From the NCBI GenBank assembly GCA_051530055.1, contig CM121343.1:4992389-5056388 (forward strand): a stretch of 64,000 nucleotides of DNA, written 5' to 3'. Shown in pieces: positions 1 through 11,756 of the stretch. The stretch is from Neoechinorhynchus agilis. Taxonomy: Eukaryota; Animalia; Acanthocephala. The position numbers were made by a program, and so were the translations under genes. The notes under the pieces were generated by a model. That model saw nothing but the letters and a program-made list of their open reading frames with translations. It searched no databases and had not been told where the DNA came from. Each line of letters opens with the position of its first letter. The first letter of the stretch is position 1.

Positions 1-937
1 GGTGCAAATCATCTCCACCGATACAAAGACTGAATGTCCAATCGTAGAACGATGGAGTTACATCGCAGGGCATATACTCTTCGTTTACAGTACCATTTTG
101 AATATGTGCATTGCCGTATTGATTTGTGCCGGCGTGATAAATTTCGCTGTTTTTATTAGTTAGCGTAGTCGTAGGAGGCTCATAAGTTTCAGACTTAGCG
201 TACTTATTCAAAGTTGACCATTGTTGATCTTGTGACCTCTGTTGCAGTAATGTGTCGGAACAACAATTTTGGTCGAAAGTAGCCGAAGAACGTATTTGGT
301 GATCTAGTGTTGAATGCGACCGCTGATCCACAATGCACTTGTTGGCGCCCAATGTTGACGGATCCAATGTTTCTTTATTATTGCCTAAAACCTGAGAGAC
401 GCGTTTAACCGTTAGAATGATATCAAAACTTGGGCGACACATTGATTCCCTTGCCAAAAATGATTTTGTTGAATTTTAAAAGTAAACCTTTGCAGGAGTT
501 TGGCACTCTTTTGCTTTCCTCTTGGCAAGAACTTGTATGTGACTTGAGACCTGCTTTCTGGTTCGAATCTTCCCCGTTTTATCCCTGATATACTTTGCAA
601 TCAGCTCATTACGTCCATACATTTTTCCCTCTTCTGATAATATAATCTTTCGCCTTCCGCATGGCGGATATAACGCAAGAGCCTCCTAGATCAAAACGGC
701 AGTGAATGGTTTCGGATTTAAATCCCATTTGCCTGGAAACATGCTTCGATATCAGCACTCCATACTCCTTCGGCATCATTCGCACTATCACTATCTCCAC
801 TACTGGAGCTATTGCTGACTCTAGAAGTGATTGACGGAAATCGAGTACCGGCACCACCACCACCACTACTGGTGTAGCCATTGTTTCCACTTCCATTAGA
901 CAGCAAAACCGAGGCTGTGTTCTGAATTGAGAAAGGC
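1..937 (-). CDS. TEAD: TEA-domain transcription factor (TEAD/scalloped), partial, multi-exon; continues beyond window start
   Basis: Exons 937-733 and 685-488 splice to [15 protein letters not shown]|[53 protein letters not shown], the TEA domain. The start codon lies in an unidentified upstream exon. Confidence 0.95.
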
Positions 938-1694
938 CTGAAAAATAATTTTAGTTAAATATGTATCGTATAATGCTAGTTTGTAATTGTGCAGTGGGGC
1001 TAAACTCGTCGTTCTTAACACGGGACTAACAAATCAAAGGCAGAAACGGGTCTTTATCAACGCTGAATATTTAGGATGAGGCTATTGATAAAGAATATCA
1101 AAAAGTGAAAAAGGAGGATTAGTTTTAGGATAAGCCTTTTAAGCTTACAAAGTTCTTTTCGTACGTGCTCTGGTGTATAGCGCGTCCAAACTTACATGAG
1201 CAGTTTATACATGAATGTACCAGAAATATGCTTGGAATGGACAAACGAGAAATTCCTGGTGAGTACCAGCGGTGATGATCGGTATTCGTGGTTCTTACTT
1301 AGGAGTATGGAATGTATGTGTGGAATGTGGTAGCTGGTATGCTGTGCTTTTATACCAAATAATTATCATCTCCAATACATGCATACGGCGACGAAGGATT
1401 GGTGTGGTACGTGTACAACGGTATTGGTAGTGGCTCTAGTAATGGTGACAAATGGCTTAGGATGATAGAGAATAGACCAATAATCTTTCTTTGATCCATG
1501 GAGAAATAATACTAAAGTATTCACGTGGAATAATGGGCAATATTCGCGTGTTTGAGCGTTGAAGGGTGCAATAAATTGTATTGCCATCTAAGTAAAGAAA
1601 AACAACATTGTTGCTCTTCCAATGACAAATCATCCGTAATCAATCTCATGCAAATTAAGAAAGTTGTCAGTAAATTTACTCCGTATCAAGAGTA

Positions 1695-3617
1695 TTAAGC
1701 GTATAGCTTTTCCCCGAGCGACTTTTTCATTGTCTCGTATACAATATAGCTGATTGAAACTGCAGGAAGCACCTTACAAGCATTGGGGACTATGCCTTTA
1801 TAGAATCCAACGAGGCCTTGTTGTCGCCAAATATGGGCAAACATTTTTGACATTGTCATCTCCTTATTAACTATATTGAATGACTCAGTATTCGGATTAA
1901 GGAAATACCAATTAACCTTGCGCTTGAAGCCGAGTTCGAACAAGTGCTAATGGATATGAAACGATCTGAGCTGTAAATGTACTAACTGAGCCGCACATCA
2001 GTAGAACCAGTGGAGAAGGAAGAGATGATGTCTTGCTGGACGAATGACCTTCAATAAATCTAGCCATATAATGTCGTTTTAAAGTCTTAATAGATTACTC
2101 TAGATAATCGTTACAATGTTACTCTCAACTACCTCATATATGGCCAAATCAGTTCCTGCGTAAGGAATGATGCCAATCACATTGGGAACAAATCCTTTAT
2201 AAAACGATATTAAACCTTCCTTGCGAATCATTTTAAAAGCCAAGTCAGTCAATCCATTGTACTCCCCGCTCCGGGAAAGTATAATCCGCGTTTTAAGAAC
2301 CTGCGCTGAAGAAATGATAATAGTATCCATTTTTGGGTGATCAGCGCATACGTCAAGGGGATAAATTAAGGATTGCGATAACAACCCAGCCATACTTCCA
2401 GCTAGAAATCTCTCATAAACTGCGAGACCTACACCATCCTGTTTTCCTGATAAGCGCCTAATCGCTTCCTTTAACTGAATGATGAAAATTAAATTCACAG
2501 ATAAAAAATGTCACAATCTACTCGCAATTAACCTCGTCATAAAACATAAATTTAAGTGCAGTTTCTGGAGCAATTTTTATGCAGTTCAAAAGATTGCCTC
2601 TCCACAATCCACGTATCCCTCCCTCCTTCACTAAATACGATATGCCGTTAGCCATTGAAATTTCTTTTCTTGTTCCGAGATACTATAAAGTATGGAAGAG
2701 GTATATCTCTGTGCCACAATGTAATCGTACCTGCATTACAACTTTGAGGCGATCCAGAGGTGCAGTTGCCGTTCTGGACGTTATGCCGGCAACCATTCCA
2801 CTCGCAAGGTTCACATAACGAACCAACGCACTGTTTCCTATCCAATCCGGGCTCTCACCTGGAACAATGTTCATTTCGGCCATATCCAAAAACTAATCGA
2901 ATGTCATTGAGGTTACTAATTTTCCAAAAATATAATACATACCGTACAATATTTCCAATATTCGATCAAATCGCGAATGTTTTTTGATGGACCTAACTTA
3001 AAAAATTCATTCCAGTTTTCAAGCGTAATCGGAAGTCCATGAGAAAAATCCTTCGGTCCTCCAAATGTGCCAGTCGATGATGCAATTCTATACTCGCTAT
3101 ACGATCAGTTGGGTCGTTCGAGGAAAGTAACGACATGCCTAGTACAAATTTTATCCGCTTCTTCAAATGAAACATAAACACCATGCTCACATAAATACTC
3201 TTTCATCTCATTCGCATCGATCTTTCCTATAGATAAAAATTGGTTTAGTTATTTAATATTTAATACCATACCGTCATTATTCTTATCAAGTTTTTTGAAT
3301 GTGATCAGTATGTTTTTCTTACTGGTCCCAATGTAGTTCAAAAAGTCACCCAAATTTAATTGAAATTTTTCCAATTTCCTTTTGCTTTCTTCACTCATCT
3401 AACACACTGAGAGAATTGCTTTGGCCATTTATGAGTCCAATATGCATACCGCGGATAGCATTGGTGATCGCAAAGCCAAGGCCAGCTCAGATGCATCGAT
3501 TTGACCGTTGTCATTTATATCCATTTCATTGAATAACCGTTCCAGGGCCTCATACTCTGATTTAGTTAAAACCGCCGAAGCAGAATTTGACGTGGATGGT
3601 CTATTTGCATCCACCAT
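1695..3617 (-). CDS. Calcium-binding mitochondrial ATP-Mg/Pi carrier (SCaMC, SLC25A23/24/25 family), multi-exon
   Basis: N-terminal EF-hands (DINDNGQID, DKNNDGKID) followed by three carrier repeats (TAPLDRLK, YPLDVLKTR, YPLALVRTRLQ) and C-terminal PAVSISYIVYE. Introns of about 40-60 nt. Confidence 0.93.
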
Positions 3618-4049
3618 TTTGAGTCAATCTAAAAGTCATAACTTTTCTGAAAATAACCCGTTTACCTTGAAATTATATAAATCATTCTAGGTTAAATTGT
3701 GCATTGTATAAACTCTTCTTTCATTTATGCAATCGCCTAGATGCAATAGTTGTGCCGGATTTTTAACTACAAACTACCGTCTTTATGGACACTGCAAATT
3801 TATCCAATATTTAGTAAGACTTGCAATTAAAAAATCTATGTTACCAGTGACAAAGTATATTGAATTTGTTGATGACTGGCGTTTAAAGACAAACTATCCT
3901 GCTCAATATTTTTTTATCCGGAATGGAAATCGCAAATCTCTGTTTCGATTAAGAACCAATGTTTTAGAAATTGAACCTTTTGCGATCTTTTTATTTTGAG
4001 AAAAGCGAAGAACTCTTTAATGTTGAAAAGATAATTCATTTTTATTTGC

Positions 4050-4134
4050 TGATAGGAGAGATAAATGAAATTGAGATTTTATTGGATGATCGAAATATCC
4101 AATAAAATCTTAATTTCATTTATCTCTCCTATCA
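4050..4134. repeat. Near-perfect 85-nt foldback hairpin (38-bp stem, 9-nt loop)
   Basis: TGATAGGAGAGATAAATGAAATTGAGATTTTATTGGAT-gatcgaaat-ATCCAATAAAATCTTAATTTCATTTATCTCTCCTATCA; the single mismatch is a G-U pair on the + strand. Confidence 0.9.
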
Positions 4135-4279
4135 ACGAACTCTTTAATATTAGTAATTTGACCTTCTTTAAATCATTATACCTAAGAATCGTTGAAACAT
4201 TAAGCCAAATTGATGTTAGTCAAAGATGGTACCAAGCATAAACCTTTTAAACTGTGTTATTTCGATTTACAATGAAAGG

Positions 4280-4407
4280 AACTATTGTTTAGAAGTCTTC
4301 ACCCTATAAACAATTTTTCGATTAAAAACGTTCTGCGAACATTTTCGGATTCATCATTGGTTCAAAAGGTTTTTAATCGAAAAAGTCTAATCACATTCCC
4401 ATCGACA
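4280..4407. mobile_element. Penelope-like inverted-repeat mini-element, family 1, with degenerate hammerhead motif
   Basis: Minus-strand ..ATGATGAATCCGAAAATGTTCGCAGAACGTTTTTAATCG.. plus a truncated + strand partner ending ..TCACATTCCCATCGACA; flanked by an exact 13-bp direct repeat TTACAATGAAAGG (4267-4279, 4408-4420). Confidence 0.75.
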
Positions 4408-7389
4408 TTACAATGAAAGGTCACAGCCTAAAGTAGGCAGCAGAGTAAAATTGCTTAAACGAGACAAATACTTTTTGCTGTTTTATAAAACAAATCGAAA
4501 TTCTGGTGAATTTCAAGAGCTCACCCAACAAGGAAGTCAAAAAATCAATCTTTCGTTAAAGAGCGTTCAAGTACGTATTTTGTTTCAATGAAGTTTGTTT
4601 TGTATCGGACAAATTTCGTCTGCGATTCCACTATTCATTCTCAAACTGTCATACTTTACGTTTTCTTTGAGAAGGTGACGTTTCTCATTGAATCATGTGA
4701 GAATTTAGTGTATTCCTCCTACATTTCACTTTGGTTAAATATTTAAAATTCAAGCCGATTGATGTGTACAAATAATCAATTGACTTAATTATCAGAACAA
4801 ATGAAATTCGTATACTTGGACGATGGAGAAATGGATTCGTAGGAAACCTTCTTTTAAGCAATCAGAAACTAAGAATGGCAGTGTTTCCTATAAAAATATA
4901 GCCCGGATTTCCGTTCTTGTTGCCTATGGGTGCATCCAGAGACACTCAGCACTTAAATGGATTTCGGCGTCGAATATAAGCGACGAACACAAATGAACAA
5001 TTGATCGTGGTTCGACCGATACTCAAAGTTGAACAAGCCCCAATCTATGGATATTAATTGAAAAGCGGTGGAGAATTCCAAGGCGAATTAGATATCCATT
5101 AAACGACGCACAACCGTTAACTCTTAGGATTCCCTCACCTCGAGTCAAGCCTAACCACGCTCCTACACTTTCAGGAAAGTGTCAATGGTTGCATTTAGCG
5201 CTGGAGATGGGTCTTTCGTATGGATTGAACTTCAGGTTTCAGATGTAAAGGCCTGATTGGCTGCCGTAAAGGTTTATGCATGCGATTAAAACATGTTTCG
5301 AACACGACAAATTCTTAGTGGTCGAGGTTTTTGGTTTCAGGCTTTCCCTTTCGTTTTATTGTCGGCATGTACAAATTCGTTTTAATATCTAATCAATCTC
5401 AAACTCTTGAAAATTAACCAACTTTAAAATTGCTCCTTTTTTTAAACGAAATGCACTTATGAGCATTGCCGTCCTTTTAAGCTCCATTTGTAATAATCGC
5501 ACTCGTCTGAATTGATTCTATATTCCTTTATTGACATGGTTTATGAATTTGCTAATGAAATGTTCAAGAATTGCAAACCGTACTTGTTTTCTGATTGGTC
5601 AATGTATAACAAATGACCTGAGTTTATACGACTTTTCACTTTACCATTCAAAGGTGGCAAGAGCAAAAACAGTTGCTTTACAACGAAGATAGCAATTTTA
5701 GTTTATCAATTTTTTAACCTGCAACTCAGAGACGACAATGCCTTTTTTATTTAATGGATAATTCGTTATTTCAATTTTATTCGATACGGAATATAATCTT
5801 ATGCCGTATGTCTCTTTAAATATTTGAAACTTATTATTATTTCTCGTAAATTCGGTTTTTCCACAATAAAAAGCTTACTCGGCCACTCACATGAGCAAAA
5901 GATCTTCCAATCACGAAATGAGGCATACAACTCATCGGTTAGGGCCAATATAAAGTTGGTTTAAAAAATATGGAATAAAAACGAACAATAATATTAATTG
6001 TTTTATTGTGTTTAAGTTACAATTATTCTGAAGTAGTTACATTTGCGATCAAAAATCGTCGTTGATTTTTGGTACACTCACTGTTGCTTTTTGGACGAGT
6101 AGAACCTTTGAACGTCGTAGATAAGTTATATGCCTGTTTTTGTGATTGGAAGATCTTTCATTCAGGTAAGTGTCATGGTTCTTAAGTTTATACAACTTGC
6201 TGTTACTTTGGAAATTGGCTTAAAAACGATTTAAACTTTTATTCACTTTCGAACCTAATAAACGAATGAAAATCATTACATTCCTTTAACGACTATGCTA
6301 ATAGACTGAGATGAATTTCTATGATGCAAAATCCCAGTCTCGGAGTTATTAGAGAATAACCCTCATCTTTTCGATTAGATGTCGATCCACTGATAAACAC
6401 GTGCGTTTATTGCTAGTTCTTATTTTATTTTTCAACAGCATTAATCTGTGCGGGCAACTGGACTCGATTTAATCCATAAAATTGGTTTAAGCGACTTATA
6501 CGTACAGGTTTGGCATTAACCATCGAATATCATCATCCGAAATGAACCGGGGGAAAGACCTTACCCCACGAATTCTCCTCGACGCGAGTAACTAAACCAA
6601 TACTGGTTATAAACTCTAAAATCAACAGCTCTGAGACCTATCCTATGGATTGAGTGTTCACGAGGACCCAAAGATGCACGGATCCTCTATTTTGAACAAT
6701 AAAATGTGCTATTGTTATAGCTTATTCTATCCATCGTTCGTCATTGCTATACGGTCGCTCACTATGATTGGAAATTCGGTTGTTTGCAGTTTTTTCAGTG
6801 CCAATGTTAATTGTTTGGCAACATTAGAGTGATCTCCAAATCAATTTGGACATTGTTATGTTTCTGAATTCACAAAATGAGTACTACGTCGATATTGAAC
6901 ACTTACATCCTCAATTTCGTAGTAGGCGTTCCTTTCAATCAACGATTAAGAGGAATCTACTCAACTTCATGTGAGTAATGCGACTGTTATCATCGGCGAT
7001 ATCTCAGCCTTAATCACAAAACATACTTTATTGCGTTTTGTTTTATAGATAATCTCTATTGACTGATAAATGGATCGATGTGAAATAAAGGGATTGATAA
7101 GAGGCAGTCAAACATCGATCATTTATATAACCGAATTATACGGTCTTTATCAATCGATTCCGGCCTCGATAAAATCATTACCTACAAATCACGTACATTG
7201 ACAATTTTAATGCGCACTTTATTCAAGTTGAAAATATTTTATTTTCAATATGACCAAAATGGAAGAGAGTCATTTATACAAAATAGCTGCAGTGAATTGA
7301 TCATATATGCACGTTAGAACAAGTGTATATGAGTCGAGCGTAGAAGTGTCAATCGCTGGTCTGTTTTTAATGTGAGCATAGTCCTGACC

Positions 7390-7836
7390 TTACTGTGTAA
7401 ACCGATTAGTCTTTAATTGTTTGCTGAGCGTTGCAACAGTGGTGCTCATAGAATCTTTTCGGAATCCGACGAGATTTTCGACGACTTTTTCAATGCTCAC
7501 GAATCGAGGGCATACTTTGTTGCCAACGGTTGCATAATTACGCATTGTGGAATCTACAGTAAAAATGCCTTCATAGTTGTCACAAGCCAACTTTTTGGGT
7601 TCTAAATGAAAACTGACGATCATAGAGTTTATGGGAGGAAAACCTCTAAAGCTTGTCGCTCTCCTGTTTGTGGCCGTAATGTACAGTAAATCGAGATTTC
7701 GAGCTTGAACGGCGGCTTTGAGTGTTTTGTACACGTGATCTTCTTCGAGGTTATCTTCAAATACTGATAGTCCAAAAAGCCTTAGAAATGGAGATGGACT
7801 CACGTTTACTTTCCCCTCTGCTTTTGGATTGTCCAT
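7390..7836 (-). CDS. Uncharacterised 148-aa ORF (possibly the last exon of a larger gene)
   Basis: ATG-initiated ORF preceded by a good acceptor (ACTTTAG); no family recognised. Confidence 0.4.
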   Translation of the reverse strand: MDNPKAEGKVNVSPSPFLRLFGLSVFEDNLEEDHVYKTLKAAVQARNLDLLYITATNRRATSFRGFPPINSMIVSFHLEPKKLACDNYEGIFTVDSTMRNYATVGNKVCPRFVSIEKVVENLVGFRKDSMSTTVATLSKQLKTNRFTQ

Positions 7837-10800
7837 CTTCGCATTTGCTGTCGCATTCCTAAAGTACAGTGATTGTTTTATTAGTGGCGGGTAAAAAGAA
7901 GAGACATTTGAATGCAGACCTTAAAAAAGCTGATTAATTTCTGAACAAGTTTGGTGGACTTGTGATCACAAAAGCGCATGAACTTTTAATGGTCTGAAAA
8001 ATATTGGCCACAGTCCCTGCTGAACGGCGGCTAATGTAATTTCCTTTTCGCTGTTTTCCAATAGATGACTGGTGGAGCAGATTTGTGCGATATTTGTATA
8101 CAGCCGTTGGTATAAGCGTCCTTTTTGCTTCATTACACTCACATCCAGGTACGTGGTTCCGGCCGCTGTTCCCGCAGTCTGGTGACTGCGGAGATAATCT
8201 GCTGTGACGTGGAAACGTTAATGGAACAACGATTGTTAGGCTTCAGCTGTGCTTGATTGAGTGCTTAAAAACGGATGCTAGATTGTGTGGTCAAACTATT
8301 TACCTAAAAAAATATGTAGGTGATTTCCGCTGAAAAAGAGCCAGGAGCAGAATTGTCGGAGAAATGGATAAGCGGAGTCATGTTCACTTTCCATTAATAA
8401 TGGATAATGCTTATCTAAGTGCTTAAATGATCTCTCTCCCTCAATTGTACTACCACCACCCGCCGCCGCCGCCGCCGTGCTAATGATCATACAAATGAGT
8501 GAGAGGTAAGCATATCGCGAAGGTGAAATCGCTAAGGATTTTGAGCGACATGTTGCTTATGAGATGAACGCTCTCAGAAGCGTATTGCTTCTAATGTGGA
8601 ACAGGAAAGTATCAGAGAAGCATCCAGGAAAAAGACAGTAGAAGACATGCCACATCCCATGAATATACCGGCAGATGTGTAAGCATGGAATGCATACGGC
8701 ATACTCAATCATCATGATTATATCGAAAAATCACCAATACTCACTGCCATCATCTAGCTTGAAATCAAATGAGTCCTCGGTTTTAAGAGAGCGGACAACA
8801 CTCGATGAGAGTCACAAAATTTCATTCACAAATTTTGAGGAATCCATACCTGGCCTATAAGATCATCACTGTCTCGCCTTGATCGCGCTTTGACATGGTT
8901 GAACGCTCATGAACTCATATGCACTCAATACATTGATTGACAATGTCAAATACGTTTAGACTAAGTGTCATTTTCCCGTGAAGTATCGAACATTCGGGTG
9001 GAAGCATTCTTACTTGAAATACGTGCTTTCAAGGATGAAGACCTAGTAGACGCCAATTATCCCCGACATCGTTTCGATTGTTGCTGCTGATTACGGCAAA
9101 TGCATGAACCAGATGCAGCTATTAATTTAATCAATCAGCGAGAATATCCTTTGTCTCCATTATGTAATCCGCTACCAACCTGTCATTAATTATAGGGAAT
9201 GATCGTATCAGACTCCTCTTGGTAATGGCATTAATCTACGTTCATATACCGCTTTTTTATGTATGACGGATCGATCCTAAGAACAGCTATTACGCCCTGT
9301 AAAGTGGCTTTGGGAGCTATGCGTGTACAACTATGACTACAAATAATATCTAGTCTCGTGATATCCGGCTTCCCCGTATTGGTACCTAAGAAAAAGCTAA
9401 AACACAGGACTGATTAACGGAGTCAAGCCGGCTGGGACTACGGAGGCCGGACGGATCCGCTGGGAACATTTAACATTAGTAAGCAAAAGGGGATTTGGAA
9501 TAACTCCTCAGCGTTGATCCAGAATCAGCCAAGGAAGGCTATGAAAAGACGGCGGACACTGACAGACTGAGACTCTGGTGACCGGTGCAATCGTCAATCC
9601 TAGCCATCTTCTTAACTTCTAGTTTTGCCCTGCACCATGTGAATTTAAAAGACCAAGCAATCGGATTTGTGATCACGAGACCAGATCTCAGGAACATTCG
9701 TGAGGGCTTAAGGTCCTCATTTCCCACTGTTCGTTAATGAATGGAAAGCAATATAATTAATTGATTGCCCTTGCATTCAAAAGTCTTAGATGAGATGTAC
9801 TGCTTTGTGCGAAAATGGAAACCTCATAAAAATGTCTCATTTTAGCCGTTTGAAATTTAGGCTTTTAAGTGACACTTTTATTGAAACGACCCAATTTCCT
9901 CTCAGGCTCGGAGCTAAAATGGGTCGTCTGTACACAAGAATATTTAAACAAATATTATTCCCGATAACGACATTCTATTAAATGTAGACAAAAACGTTTT
10001 AGAAGATGAAAATTATGTCGAATGTTCTGCAATTGTATAGGATCCACCCAATATTTAAATTGCACCTTTATTACTCACAAAATAAAAAAAAATTGAAAAT
10101 CTTTTAACAAACTTCATTAGCCCTGCGTGTGAAGAAAACTTCACAAATATTAGTATGGACCAATATATATATATAATAGAGTGTTAGATTAGAAAAGGCT
10201 TAGACAATAGTGGGAAAACTCGAGAGACAAAATAGGAAATCTGAAATCCAGCTAGTAAAATGGAAATATGCGCAAATATGACAGATGCACTTTAGATTCG
10301 TTTAAACGAAGACTTGTCAAATTATACACTAGTTTTGAATCAAAACTATTTTCATCATTTTTAATTACTACAGTTGAGGTCTTAACAGGCTTCTACAATT
10401 GTTCACGGGAACTTCACTATCCCCTTAAACTCAATGAAAAGTCCGATTTTGACTTCTGGTACTAGTGTTATGTCTATAAAGTGGCTCAAAATAATTCTGC
10501 TCGTCATTTGGATCGGTATGAGACTTTATCTCCCGATTGCTACGATACATACCCGTTCTACGTAGTGTTAGCTTTTCACACTCGGAAGCAGTTCTTTGTA
10601 CACTGTGAACATTGTTGAAAGCTTTAAGTTTCGTAATCTTTGGGTATTGAACAGCACAAGCGGAATAGGTTCGCTTGATTACCGAGAAGTAAAGGAGGAA
10701 TCCACCTCCACGTGTGCTCTGATTACCTGTTGTGGATGGTTGGGACTGTGATTGATGGGTAGCTTTACAGAAGAGTAAAATATGAAAATCTAACGAAGTT

Positions 10801-11378
10801 CAATCGCTTCAGACTGGAATGTGACATTAACCGGGTTAAAGGGAAATGACAGTATAAAATGGTTTTTGAACTAAGCATAACGGTAAGGGTTCTACAGTCG
10901 ATTCCGGTGCATATCGGACAACATCCGGACGTTATCGTTTTGGTCCTAATAATCGGCTGGTCAAATCAACCGGTGATTTGACTGTATATCTAAAGATTAT
11001 TAAAACAATTGAACCACATCTACCTTCAATCGCCAAAGATGGATTCACTTCAACTCCTCTATGAACAGCATGGTATTTGTCCTAGCTTTGCAGAACAAAA
11101 CTAAAGTGTTTCAAACAGTTCAAGCCACGTTACAATTATCTATCCTTGTGAAATCATAAAATACAACGAGAAACTCATAAAAATGATTTCCGGCATCTAC
11201 AACAAGAAAAAGAAACTCCTTTCATCTTCAAGCAGACATTTTCACAGTTCAGAAAAATCGTATCAAGCCTAAACATAAAATGTAATTTAGGAATGTCAAT
11301 GACGGGAATCTAAGCTTATTAAACTGTGCAATCCTACTTCGAAGAAAATTCGAACATTGGTAATTAAAATGAATACAG

Positions 11379-11569
11379 GGATTATTGTTTAGGTCTACAC
11401 CCGGTAAATGTATATTTATTAAAGACGTTTCGAACCTCGACTAACAAACAAACTGATGGTGAAACCGACGAGGTTCTCAGAACGTTTTTAATCGAAATAA
11501 TCATTTACCGCGGGTGTAGACTTCTAAACAATAATTCCAATCACATTCCCCGGTACCTCACATATCGAC
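11379..11569. mobile_element. Penelope-like inverted-repeat mini-element, family 1, with hammerhead motif
   Basis: Minus half-motif CGAGGTTCGAAACGTC (11439-11424) back to back with + motif CTGATGGTGAAACCGACGAGGTTCTCAGAACG (11453-11484), ending CATATCGAC; 13-bp TSD AAAATGAATACAG/AAAATGAATATAG (11366-11378, 11570-11582). Confidence 0.8.
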
Positions 11570-11756
11570 AAAATGAATATAGCTTGGACACCTAAAATTA
11601 TTTCTATAATTCGAGGAAACACCGATCTAACAATTGCACACATTGTTAATAATGCCCAATCATTGCAATCCACCAATAAAAAAATTCCCTGGATCCGTAA
11701 AACTAAATTTTCATGTTCAAGCTACGTTAACCGTCAGGTATAGATTCCAATCCGAT

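Noticed and set aside
5140-5165. Telomerase RNA template (CCTAACC)
   Set aside because: A 7-mer match is expected by chance, and no pseudoknot or promoter support was seen.
9144-9152. ATATCCTTT as a second U12 (AT-AC) donor
   Set aside because: No TCCTTAAC-like branch site or AC acceptor was found downstream, and no gene model supports an intron here.
10470-11378. Penelope RT/GIY-YIG ORF next to the 11.4-kb element (likewise 15100-16245)
   Set aside because: The TSD shows the element ends at 11379, and hand translation gave no convincing RT or endonuclease motifs.
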